In this document: positions 15,972 to 25,095 of the stretch, piece after piece
How the letters are laid out: every line of letters begins with the position of its first letter
Numbering within the stretch: the first letter of the stretch is position 1
Virus record (IMG/VR): IMGVR_UViG_3300037424_000235
Location: 1 to 39,361 of that record
Source of the DNA: a virus
Lineage: Duplodnaviria; Caudoviricetes
Reading direction: 5' to 3' (one strand)
DNA length: 39,361 bases
The notes under the pieces: model-generated
Told to the model about the DNA's origin: nothing
Seen by the model: only the letters and a program-made list of their open reading frames with translations
Databases searched by the model: none
Made by a program: the position numbers and the translations under genes

Positions 15972-17371
15972 TGGCTACCCATGCAATTGAGACCGTAGAG
16001 CTTCCAACGGGGACACTGGAGGTGACGGCCTATTCTCCGGTAGCGGGTCTCACGGTGCCGAGCTTTGCGAGTCTCAAATTTGGTTCGGGACTTGCGGAGA
16101 AGGTCGATCCGGTAGCGGGGGTGATTGAAGTGGAACACTGGGACTTCCAGTACACGGAAGACTATTCAGTCCACGCTAATGGATTCTGGTACACATTGCT
16201 TAACGGCGCGACCCTGGATATTCAAGTGACGCTCGCTTATCCAACTGGTGGGGATTTACATTTCTTCTACGGCAGGGCTGAAAAGTCTGCGATAGTTCTT
16301 GAAGAAAAGTCTTTGATCTCGGGGTCCGTTATCAGAACCGGGGTCATCGGCTGCAACTCGTTCTTAACGGCCCTGAAAGCTGTGACCCTACAGCAAGTTT
16401 ATGATGACATCGAAACTAACGTGAGATATAGAGTCCCCAACACGATCAATGGTTCGGCCCCAGGTGGGACAGGCGCAGGGTATGAGTTCGTGACCATCCC
16501 GACGATCATCAACTCAGCTCTTGCTCTTGCTACAGGCCAGGGATTTTCTGGGGACACCAACGTCTTGGGGAGCGATGACATTGAGTTTTCGGTCGATGAC
16601 GCCACCTACTATGGGATCTTCGACGATTTGTACGTTGTAAGAGAAAATCTTGGGTCTGCGGTTTGGCAGACTCAATATGGGCTTGCGTGGGATCTGGTCA
16701 ATGCTTTATGCAGAAACGTCGGGTTCATTCCAAGGCTTGTCTACGATGTTTCCGCCGGGAGGTTTTTTGTTAGACTCCTGACGCGGGGAAGGTCTTACGC
16801 CGCGAACATCACCCTTGGGGTCCCGGAAACTTCAATCTATTACGCCGATACCCCGGCTTTGGTGAGCTTCATCGAAGCGGACAATGACCTGACGGGGAAG
16901 TACTACTACGTTGTCGATTCTGATTCTGGCGGAGTTAATGAACCCCCGGCGTGGGACCCCGATATGATCCTGAAGATAAACGTGGGAAGTTATCAGGTCG
17001 CCCTTCCAAATAACAATGGGAGATCAATCTATCATTCAACCGGCTCCGAAGCTGGGGCAGATTTAGACATGAGCTACACGCTTTACACTCGATGGTGGAA
17101 CTACGAGGCGGCAGAGTGGGGAACCTCGGGGAGAACGGACATTGCTCTCTCGAAATACTATGGACATCGTTTGGGTGGCGGGAAAAGAGTTTACGAGAGG
17201 ACTTACAGGTCGATCAAGGGGAACGATGGATCGACGGAGTCTTTTGAACACGTGACTCTTTGTAGGCAGACGGCGATTGATGACGGAGTTTCTTCGAGAA
17301 ACTTCTACGCAACCGAAGTTGAAAAGAACCCAAGAGACAACACGCTAAAGGTTCGCTGGCAGGAAGTCTAA
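15971..17371 (+). CDS. Probable tail tip hub/baseplate protein
   Basis: Follows TMP; 466 aa beta-rich; WDLVNALCRNVG hub-like segment. Confidence 0.55.
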   Translation: MATHAIETVELPTGTLEVTAYSPVAGLTVPSFASLKFGSGLAEKVDPVAGVIEVEHWDFQYTEDYSVHANGFWYTLLNGATLDIQVTLAYPTGGDLHFFYGRAEKSAIVLEEKSLISGSVIRTGVIGCNSFLTALKAVTLQQVYDDIETNVRYRVPNTINGSAPGGTGAGYEFVTIPTIINSALALATGQGFSGDTNVLGSDDIEFSVDDATYYGIFDDLYVVRENLGSAVWQTQYGLAWDLVNALCRNVGFIPRLVYDVSAGRFFVRLLTRGRSYAANITLGVPETSIYYADTPALVSFIEADNDLTGKYYYVVDSDSGGVNEPPAWDPDMILKINVGSYQVALPNNNGRSIYHSTGSEAGADLDMSYTLYTRWWNYEAAEWGTSGRTDIALSKYYGHRLGGGKRVYERTYRSIKGNDGSTESFEHVTLCRQTAIDDGVSSRNFYATEVEKNPRDNTLKVRWQEV

Positions 17372-17423
17372 ACTCTCTCACACACAAGAAGACCCGCTCT
17401 CGGGCGGCAAGAAGGAGAAACAA

Positions 17424-18311
17424 ATGGCAGCCTTTGGATTTACTGAAACACTCGCAAACGTCCTCAACTCGGGGATAGCGTCCTGGAAGGTTAAGAGATC
17501 CGATGATGACGCTTACTATTCACTCGGACCTCTGAAGGACGGGAAGATCAATCTTCAGACGGTCGATGAAACGGACACCTACCAGCGCGCAAGGGTGTAC
17601 GGTTACACACTGGAAGCGGAGGCGAAAATGCTCGGGACAGACAACGCAGCCTGTCTTGCCCTGCTTGACCACTTGATTGATCTTCAGCTCACCCACAAAA
17701 TCACGCTGATAAACGGCGTGACTCTCAAAGGTGACTTTGGGTTTGATTGGGATTTTGATACCACGAAAGACTTCGATGGCGTCAGATTCATTCAGGTAAA
17801 ATCTTCGCTCGGAGAGGCCATCCCAACCAATCTGACGGCCCTTTTGGCTGCACCTCCAGCCGATGGGACCCCGAATGTCGCGGACGTTCTGTACACCTTC
17901 GCTCCTGCGACCCTTGTCTCTGCGGGTGACACGACGATGGAGATCAGAAACCTCGCCGGGGATGCCTATGAGACAATAGGCAACCACCGGGGGCTCCAGC
18001 TCCACATTCGCTCAAAATCAAGCCCGAAGAAAGACCACAAGTGGAGAAACCTGAATCTGGGCGTTGAGTTTGATCTGAAGGTCGAAATGCTTCAGTCTTC
18101 CTCAACCGAACTTGCGCTCTTGGATAATATCATAGCCGCGACGGGAGTAAGGGCGACCCTCTCAGATGCGACGGTCTTTGATTTCGGCGGGAAGATCGGC
18201 GGCGTGCCGTGGAAATATATCCACGACAATGACTCTGAAGACTTCGCCATCATTGGCATTGAGGCGAAGGGCTTCATGATTCGCTCTGACTATGCCGGTA
18301 TCATCAGCTAA
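17424..18311 (+). CDS. Probable major tail tube protein with internal domain duplication
   Basis: Strong AAGGAG RBS; two halves share DAY..(L/I)G, ML.(T/S), LALLD and TL motifs. Confidence 0.55.
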   Translation: MAAFGFTETLANVLNSGIASWKVKRSDDDAYYSLGPLKDGKINLQTVDETDTYQRARVYGYTLEAEAKMLGTDNAACLALLDHLIDLQLTHKITLINGVTLKGDFGFDWDFDTTKDFDGVRFIQVKSSLGEAIPTNLTALLAAPPADGTPNVADVLYTFAPATLVSAGDTTMEIRNLAGDAYETIGNHRGLQLHIRSKSSPKKDHKWRNLNLGVEFDLKVEMLQSSSTELALLDNIIAATGVRATLSDATVFDFGGKIGGVPWKYIHDNDSEDFAIIGIEAKGFMIRSDYAGIIS

Positions 18312-19171
18312 TGGACTCCATCGTCCTGAAATACGGGGCGGAGACCGTTGTTCATGCTTGCGATGCGAACTGGGATGAATCCGGGACGGCAAATATCACG
18401 GCGAGCCTGGACACAGCGGACAAGAAGGTCGGGACGGGCTCTGTGAAGCTGACTGCGACGGCTGAAGTAGCGGCGGGGGAAATATTGAAGACAGACAATA
18501 TAGCCTCCGCCGATCTTTCAACGTATTTGGGGATTCGGTTTTGGATCAAGCCCGTAAGAGGGACGGGATCAACCAACTATGCTGCGGGGGCGTTTCAATT
18601 GCTCTTGGATGATACGGCCTCCTGTGCGAGTCCACTTGAAACGATAGACCTTCCAGCTCTGACTAATGGGGTGTGGAGTTTGGTCTTTCTTCCCTTTTCC
18701 AATCCTTCGCTCTTGACGGCGGTTATTTCTGTCGGCTTAAAGGGTGTTTTGGCTGTCACGATAGATACAACGATCAATATTGACGCCCTAACGGCGGTGA
18801 CAGCCAAAGAGTATTCGACTCTCGGGGTGAGGGGGTTTGATGATGTTGACTCCTTGAGATTCTTTCCAAGGCTTCAGAGCGAACTCTTAGATGGGGCGAT
18901 GAGCGAAGAGGAGAATTTTTTCGGTAGGAACGTCACTGTAGACCTCGGGGTCATTTCTACGAAGGCAGACAGGGTGTGGCTCGTACTATACCTCATGTCG
19001 GCCACCAAGAAACTCCTTTGTCAGTATCCGGGTGAGGAGCTTTCGGTGGTCTTCGGAACTCCAGAGGGGATGGAGAATGAGTGGCTTGAAGGACTGGAGT
19101 TTGCACGAAGTTTCACTCTGGAATTCAAAGAGGTCGCTGTGAACTCAACTGCACCCGCGGCATGGGCTTAG
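18311..19171 (+). CDS. Distal-tail-like protein with inserted carbohydrate-binding-like domain
   Basis: Paralogue of next gene plus about 155-aa insert (DKKVGTGSVK, DLSTYLGIRFWIK, NGVWSLVFLPF). Confidence 0.6.
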   Translation: MDSIVLKYGAETVVHACDANWDESGTANITASLDTADKKVGTGSVKLTATAEVAAGEILKTDNIASADLSTYLGIRFWIKPVRGTGSTNYAAGAFQLLLDDTASCASPLETIDLPALTNGVWSLVFLPFSNPSLLTAVISVGLKGVLAVTIDTTINIDALTAVTAKEYSTLGVRGFDDVDSLRFFPRLQSELLDGAMSEEENFFGRNVTVDLGVISTKADRVWLVLYLMSATKKLLCQYPGEELSVVFGTPEGMENEWLEGLEFARSFTLEFKEVAVNSTAPAAWA

Positions 19172-19632
19172 TCACTCTCAAATATGGCGCGACGGAAAAG
19201 GAGTTTACCGCTCTTTCTGTAAGAGGCTTGGATGACGTTGACGAGGTGAGGTTTTTCGTCGCGGAGAATTGTGAGCTTCCTGACGGGTCTTTGTTCCAGA
19301 GAATCCCGGCCTTTCGGAGAGTCATCACGATAGACTTAGGCGTTTTGCTTGTTAAGTCTGACCGGGTTTGGCTTTCTGATTTCATGGATTCGAGCGACAA
19401 ACACATCATTTACGGTACTGAAGATGTACCCGTTGTCTTGGAAGATCCTGAAGGATATGAAAACGAATGGCCCGATGGACTGGAGGCGGCAAGGTACTAC
19501 GTCTTAAAACTCGAAGAAATGAACGCACGAGCGACTGTGCCTGATATGTGGTATACGTACACCTACAAGACCGATCCCGAGGGAAGAATCGTGACCGATC
19601 CCGAGGGCAGGCCACAACTCGTTCGGAATTGA
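19162..19632 (+). CDS. Distal-tail-like protein, short paralogue
   Basis: LKYGA, VRG.DDVD..RFF, DLGV...K.DRVWL, PEG.ENEW..GLE.AR shared; C-terminal TDPEGR twice. Confidence 0.6.
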   Translation: MGLVTLKYGATEKEFTALSVRGLDDVDEVRFFVAENCELPDGSLFQRIPAFRRVITIDLGVLLVKSDRVWLSDFMDSSDKHIIYGTEDVPVVLEDPEGYENEWPDGLEAARYYVLKLEEMNARATVPDMWYTYTYKTDPEGRIVTDPEGRPQLVRN

Positions 19633-19633
19633 C

Positions 19634-21439
19634 ATGAAACGAATTCTTGCGCTAATGTTGCTGGTTGTGTCGGTCGCCTCTGGCCAATACACGGGAGACC
19701 GCCGGACGCAGTCCATCTGGTATGTCGCACAGCAGGACACCACCATTTCAGCCGCGAGAGGGTTCTATCCACTACAGGTTGGGCGCTATGTGCCCTTTGA
19801 ATTCGGAAGGCCAACGGCTGGGAGGCCATATTGGAATTTCAACACACACAAGAACGCGACTCAGGCCAACGACATTGTACTTTCGATGTTCCACAACCTG
19901 ACCTATGATTCCACGGCGGGCAATTATTCAAACTCCAAGCCATTTCCGGGGATAGGGGCTTTTGCGATGCAGTGGGAATCTCATTACGATTCCGCAATGG
20001 AGTGGAACGCTAATCTTTGGGCGGCCTCAGAAAATCCTGCAGGTGGATTTTACAGACGCATCTTCCACATGAACGCCTACAACTCTGCCGTCCCCACTTC
20101 AGGCATTGTTCCTGGCATGGTGACATGGCGATGGTGGACTGGGAGGCATGGGCAATTTGCCGTGGGTTACGACCAAGGCGGGCCCCTGTACTCAAGTGGC
20201 GGCAACATTGATTCAACAAAATTTTCATTCTTTGGGCGCGGAGATGATGTCGGCCAGATGATGCGGAATTATAACGACTCCGGCTCAACCTCGGTTCTGT
20301 TGGCTGATTCGGGCTTTGGGTACTTGAAACTCCAGCAGTTCGGGACGCGCAGACAGGATAGTCTCTACGGGATTCCCCTTAACGGTCAATCGGCTTCTCG
20401 GATTATCAACTTCGGCTTTGGCGATCTATTCCTCGGCACTAATAGCGACAAGCACATCTATTTCCATAACGATGGTTCTTTGTCGGGGGAGCTCGGCACG
20501 GGGGGGCTCGGGCTTTACCGCCAGTCCTTTTATTGGTATGCGTACAATCCCCTTCTCCAGATGACAGATTCCTTCGACGCCAGTCGGACAATGCTCTTTG
20601 GGGTTTACGGGGATCAGGGTTTATTCACTACCCGCTATACCTACGACATTCATCTCTGGCCTCGGTACAATTCCAGTGGTGGGAAAGTCTTAATCGGGGA
20701 CAGCACGGGATCGGGGTTCTTGACGGCGACCACGAATGTCAATGGTTCTTTGAAGGCACTCACCACAATTGCTGCCGGAAATCTTACGGCAGACTCATCC
20801 GTCACAGGAGTTGGAGCGCACTTTACCGGCGGAGGGAGATTTGATGGGCCGGTTACGGCCTCAAACACAATAGGTTCAAGTTCCACGGATAACCATCTGG
20901 TCAGAGCGGTTACGCCAGATTCGCTCGCAGATGGACCGATATATGTTGATGCGAATACTGATACGGCAGCAACAAGGGCTTATGCGCGGGCGCAAGCCGC
21001 CCCCAAGATGGACTCTACCCGGGTCAATACCCTTCTTGACTTAAAAGCCCCACTTGCCTCACCGACTTTTAGCGGGCAGGTGCAAGCCAGAAACAACATA
21101 TCAGATTACGCCAGCGAAAGTCAGTATCCGCTTTCGGCGGGGATGAGCACGGCGACAAGGCGGGTGATCATCGGATTCCATGACGGAACGAGCCGTGGAG
21201 TCATTGCTGCGATCGATGATGGTGTTGCATGGCGGGGTCTCTGGTTCAATCCGAATGGCGGCCAAGCAGATTTTGGCGGACCAATTGCTTCCACACAGTT
21301 TAAGCTCTCGGCTTTGAACGCCGCCCCGGTCAATGCAAGTGACACCGGGACTCTGGGTGAAATCAGGATAGATGCGTCTTTTATTTATGTCTGCACTGCA
21401 ACTAATACGTGGGTTCGTGCAGCTATTTCAACTTGGTAG
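19634..21439 (+). CDS. Fibre-like protein with N-terminal signal peptide
   Basis: MKRILALMLLVVSVASG|Q; phage fibre motif KAPLASPTFSG; C-terminal ASDTGTLGEIRIDASFIYVCTATNTWVR motif typical of phage fibres. Confidence 0.75.
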   Translation: MKRILALMLLVVSVASGQYTGDRRTQSIWYVAQQDTTISAARGFYPLQVGRYVPFEFGRPTAGRPYWNFNTHKNATQANDIVLSMFHNLTYDSTAGNYSNSKPFPGIGAFAMQWESHYDSAMEWNANLWAASENPAGGFYRRIFHMNAYNSAVPTSGIVPGMVTWRWWTGRHGQFAVGYDQGGPLYSSGGNIDSTKFSFFGRGDDVGQMMRNYNDSGSTSVLLADSGFGYLKLQQFGTRRQDSLYGIPLNGQSASRIINFGFGDLFLGTNSDKHIYFHNDGSLSGELGTGGLGLYRQSFYWYAYNPLLQMTDSFDASRTMLFGVYGDQGLFTTRYTYDIHLWPRYNSSGGKVLIGDSTGSGFLTATTNVNGSLKALTTIAAGNLTADSSVTGVGAHFTGGGRFDGPVTASNTIGSSSTDNHLVRAVTPDSLADGPIYVDANTDTAATRAYARAQAAPKMDSTRVNTLLDLKAPLASPTFSGQVQARNNISDYASESQYPLSAGMSTATRRVIIGFHDGTSRGVIAAIDDGVAWRGLWFNPNGGQADFGGPIASTQFKLSALNAAPVNASDTGTLGEIRIDASFIYVCTATNTWVRAAISTW

Positions 21440-21447
21440 GAGGAAAC

Positions 21448-22119
21448 GTGAAACGACTCGCAAGTCTCGCAGTATTCTGTGTGATTGGAACACTTTCAGC
21501 AAGTGCTCAGTTTGCCGTAGGGGACAACGTAACGGTCAATCATCCTTCTGGCTGCGCGACTGTCAGATCAGCCCTCACTACAACTATTCCCGCCCTGAAG
21601 TGCGAACCCACGGGAACGGCTGGAATCGTTGGGAGCGGCCCGAGTCAGTGGGGGGACTTCCCTTACTACACAGTCTCTTTCTCTGACGGGGTTTCAGGTT
21701 GGATCGCGGGGGTCTGGCTTCAGAAATCTTCTGGACCTGTGAATCCCCCGCCCTCGGGGAGTCTTGCGGTGACACCTCTTACCAATGGATTTGCCACCGT
21801 CTCTTTCTCGGCCAAAGACGATACGATGGGGATTCTTTCTCCGTTCGCGGGGGAGTATTCTGGAGCCTTAACAGTCAAACTTGACGTCCCGACGATCTTC
21901 TCCCTGACTTTAAGAGGAAGGGGAGGGGAAAGAGTTTACGCTGCTTCGACCTTGGACGGGACTCCGCTTCCTCCGCCCGGGCCTCAGTTGGATTCAACCG
22001 CGATTGCTAATGCTGCCTATGACGCGGGAGTATTGAGGGGGATCGTGCTTGGGAAAGCAACCGTGGCCGTGGATTCTGTGATCGTTAAGCTATCTACCGG
22101 CGTGGAGGTCAGACGATGA
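21448..22119 (+). CDS. Signal-peptide protein with SH3b-like domain
   Basis: AGGAGG then GTG; MKRLASLAVFCVIGTLSASA|QFAVGDNV...VRS...YYTVSFSDGVSGWIAGVWL; Pro-rich linkers. Confidence 0.75.
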   Translation: MKRLASLAVFCVIGTLSASAQFAVGDNVTVNHPSGCATVRSALTTTIPALKCEPTGTAGIVGSGPSQWGDFPYYTVSFSDGVSGWIAGVWLQKSSGPVNPPPSGSLAVTPLTNGFATVSFSAKDDTMGILSPFAGEYSGALTVKLDVPTIFSLTLRGRGGERVYAASTLDGTPLPPPGPQLDSTAIANAAYDAGVLRGIVLGKATVAVDSVIVKLSTGVEVRR

Positions 22120-24167
22120 AAAGACTCATTCCTTTTCTGATTCTCGCGCTGACCGTCACTTTCGCGGACGCGGGAGTCCGTAGGTATGTGAGAGTGGGGG
22201 GGACTTCTTCTGGGACCGCTGCGACTCGCGCCACGGGCTGGAGTCACCAATGGGCGTGGTCTTCAAGCAACAACACCATCCAGCCTGGAGACACCTGTCT
22301 TTACATAGACGACTACGGAGCGTTTTTCGTCTCCGATAAAGACCACGGGGACATTCAAAGGAAGTCTGGAAGCTCCGGCCAGCCGATTATTTATAGAGCG
22401 GAGCCCGGAAAACATATCAGACTCTACCACGACTACACTCCTGGTTGGGCCCCAGCTCAGATCGAAGGTCAATATGTTTGGCTCTGGGGGTTTGATATAT
22501 ACGTCACTGACGTAGTGACCCCGAATGAGTGGCCCACGGTCATCATCAATAATCACAACATTAAGATCATCAACTGCACGATCCACGATGCGAAGTCAAT
22601 AGGCATAACAGACTACGCCTATAACTATACCGAGGTCTGTGGAAACATCATTTACTATTGTGGTAGGCAAACAAACATAGACCAGTTCGGTTACGCGGGG
22701 TATATCCAAAACAAGACTCCGAGCCCCGAAAAGATTTACCGGCACAACACAATCTTCTCCGAGTGGGACTTGGGGTGGCAGTTCTATGGCTCAGATGCCA
22801 CTGAAATGGACAACATCACGATTGACTACAATCGGTTGTTCAACACCGGAAATCTTCAGCCCAAACCCTCGGAACAGTTCCAGCCGAATATAGTTATTGG
22901 TGCGGGGGAGGTAACCGCGAAGGTCGTTGAAGACATCCGGTTCCGCCATAACTACGGTTTCTATTCTGCTTCTCCGGGGAACGGTCACTACTTTTCGTTG
23001 GGTTATCAGGGCTCTGGAATTGCTGATTGGATTGTCTCTGATAACGTCATTGTCTCTCAGGCCAACAGTGGACTTCATTTTTCGGAAGGCTATGGATCGA
23101 ACCTGACTTTTTCCAACAACATGATCATTGGGCCGACTCAATCCACCGTTACAGACCATCCGGGGCAAGGGAATGTGGGGTACTCTAATTTTGCCGCCGC
23201 TGCCGCCGCAAGGTCTGTGGATGTGTACATAGACCAGAACCCTTACGAGCCCAAAAGGGCCAACGTAACGATCTTCAACTGGGATGGGAGCGCCACGGTT
23301 TCTTTTGATCCATCGACTATCCTTGACGCTGGAGATGAGTACGAGGTAAGAAGTGCTACCAACTTTTGGGGATCTGCTCTTGCTTCAGGTGCCTGGACTT
23401 CCGGGAATATCACGATCACCTGTTCAGATATTACAATGGCGACCCCTTATGGGAGTCCGGCTTTCCCTCCGAGGAACCCGCAACCGTACTTTCTGCCCCT
23501 TGTTCTTGTGGGGCCGTATGACGAAACCGCGCCCAATCCTCAACCGCCCCCGGCCCCAGTTCAGACAGCCGCAACGTCGGTTGGAAGTTCGGGCGCTACG
23601 CTTCACTGGGGGGCTTCAACGGGTGCAACAAGCTACAGAGTGGACGTTGCTACTGATGCTTCGTTTACAACCCTTGTCATTGCAGATACGAACGTCGGGA
23701 ACGTCACAAGCTCTGCCATCACCGGCCTTGCCTCCGGGACTCAGCATTGGACAAGGGTAAGAGCTGTCAACGCAGACGGAACAAGCTCAAACTCCAACAC
23801 AATCACGTTCACAACGACCTCTGGGGCCCCCAATCCCCCGGATGACCCAATAGCCACATCTGCCACAAACATCTACTGGAACGCATTTACGGCGAATTGG
23901 GGGGCATCCTCCGGGGCTACCGGGCACAGACTGGACATTTCGGTGGACAACTTCTCAACCTTCGTCGAAGGATTCAACGATCTGGACGTGGGGAACGTGA
24001 CAAGCTACGCAGTCTCTGGCCTTCAGGGGTCAATAACCTACTATTACAGAGTCAGAGCTTACAACGGGGATGGATTCTCCGCAGAGTCCAACACGATTTC
24101 ACTCACAACGCTCATAGCCCCTCCTGTTCCGGATCTTCCGAGGGGGCGTCTACTCATTCACTACTGA
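22116..24167 (+). CDS. Signal-peptide protein: right-handed beta-helix (pectate-lyase-like) plus two FN3 domains
   Basis: MKRLIPFLILALTVTFADA|G; YV...G, QPGDT, GSSGQPIIYRAEPG, IINCTIHD; two W...GA..(Y/H)R.D...GL.....RVRA.N..G FN3 units. Confidence 0.85.
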   Translation: MKRLIPFLILALTVTFADAGVRRYVRVGGTSSGTAATRATGWSHQWAWSSSNNTIQPGDTCLYIDDYGAFFVSDKDHGDIQRKSGSSGQPIIYRAEPGKHIRLYHDYTPGWAPAQIEGQYVWLWGFDIYVTDVVTPNEWPTVIINNHNIKIINCTIHDAKSIGITDYAYNYTEVCGNIIYYCGRQTNIDQFGYAGYIQNKTPSPEKIYRHNTIFSEWDLGWQFYGSDATEMDNITIDYNRLFNTGNLQPKPSEQFQPNIVIGAGEVTAKVVEDIRFRHNYGFYSASPGNGHYFSLGYQGSGIADWIVSDNVIVSQANSGLHFSEGYGSNLTFSNNMIIGPTQSTVTDHPGQGNVGYSNFAAAAAARSVDVYIDQNPYEPKRANVTIFNWDGSATVSFDPSTILDAGDEYEVRSATNFWGSALASGAWTSGNITITCSDITMATPYGSPAFPPRNPQPYFLPLVLVGPYDETAPNPQPPPAPVQTAATSVGSSGATLHWGASTGATSYRVDVATDASFTTLVIADTNVGNVTSSAITGLASGTQHWTRVRAVNADGTSSNSNTITFTTTSGAPNPPDDPIATSATNIYWNAFTANWGASSGATGHRLDISVDNFSTFVEGFNDLDVGNVTSYAVSGLQGSITYYYRVRAYNGDGFSAESNTISLTTLIAPPVPDLPRGRLLIHY

Positions 24168-24176
24168 GACTCTTAC

Positions 24177-24590
24177 ATGAGAACGAAACAAAAAGAAAAG
24201 AAGCTCACTGTTGCCGAGCAGATCGGCGAGCTCAAATCAGCGTTCGACGATCACGTTCAGATCGAGACCCCTCAGTGGGACGGCATCAAGACTGCGATCG
24301 GGCAGTTGAACACCAAGCTCGATAGAATCCTCGACGTGAAGATCAACGGGACTGTCGGCTTCGAGAACGTGATCGCACTGCTCGGCGAAGTCACCTCCAG
24401 CGCGCGCTGGCGCAAGCACGCGCGTAAGGCCATGGCGTCGTGGACAGAGAAGCATCCGACGATCAAGAGCGTCGCGATCTGGGCGGTGAAGAAAACCATC
24501 ACGCTCGCACTTGCCATCGTCGTTGTCTGGGCCATGTACAAGCTCGGACTCGGGCAGCTCGTCGAGCAGATATTTCGGATAGCTCCATAA
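24177..24590 (+). CDS. Coiled-coil plus C-terminal TM protein (holin-like or lysis regulator)
   Basis: FDDHV...coiled coil, ING, one C-terminal hydrophobic segment. Confidence 0.55.
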   Translation: MRTKQKEKKLTVAEQIGELKSAFDDHVQIETPQWDGIKTAIGQLNTKLDRILDVKINGTVGFENVIALLGEVTSSARWRKHARKAMASWTEKHPTIKSVAIWAVKKTITLALAIVVVWAMYKLGLGQLVEQIFRIAP

Positions 24591-24660
24591 CAAGGGCCGA
24601 GAGGCTCACTAACCACCAACCAAACTTTGATCGTCAAACACTAATCTCTAAGGGGGAGAA

Positions 24661-25086
24661 ATGGCAGCTTTCGTAAAGTTCAACACGTTCGTCGAAGCTC
24701 TGGCAGAGGAAGGCCATAACCTCGGCTCTGATACACTCAATGTCGCGTTGTCAAATACCGCGCCCACCGCCGCGACCGATACGGTTTTTGACGCTGTTAC
24801 GGCGCATCCACCTCCGGCTGCTGCAAATGGCTACGCAGTAACTGAGGCGACGCACGTTACGAGCGCCCAGACTGCGGGGACGTATAAACTCGTCCTCGGT
24901 GACGTGGTCTTTACCGCAACCGCGGGGGGAATCGGGCCGTTCAGATACGCAATTCTGTACAATTTCACGTCGGCCACGAAATTGCTCATTGGCTATTATG
25001 ATTATGCCAGTTCGATTTCTCTCTTGGTTGATGAGACATTCACCGTCAACTTTGACGGGACAGCTGGCGTACTCACGTTGGCATAA
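24661..25086 (+). CDS. Small conserved virion fibre-associated protein
   Basis: HNLGSDTLNVAL, ANGY, GGIGPFRYAILYN, LLIGYYDY, ETFTVNF pattern common in phage structural modules. Confidence 0.7.
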   Translation: MAAFVKFNTFVEALAEEGHNLGSDTLNVALSNTAPTAATDTVFDAVTAHPPPAAANGYAVTEATHVTSAQTAGTYKLVLGDVVFTATAGGIGPFRYAILYNFTSATKLLIGYYDYASSISLLVDETFTVNFDGTAGVLTLA

Positions 25087-25095
25087 GGGGGGATT

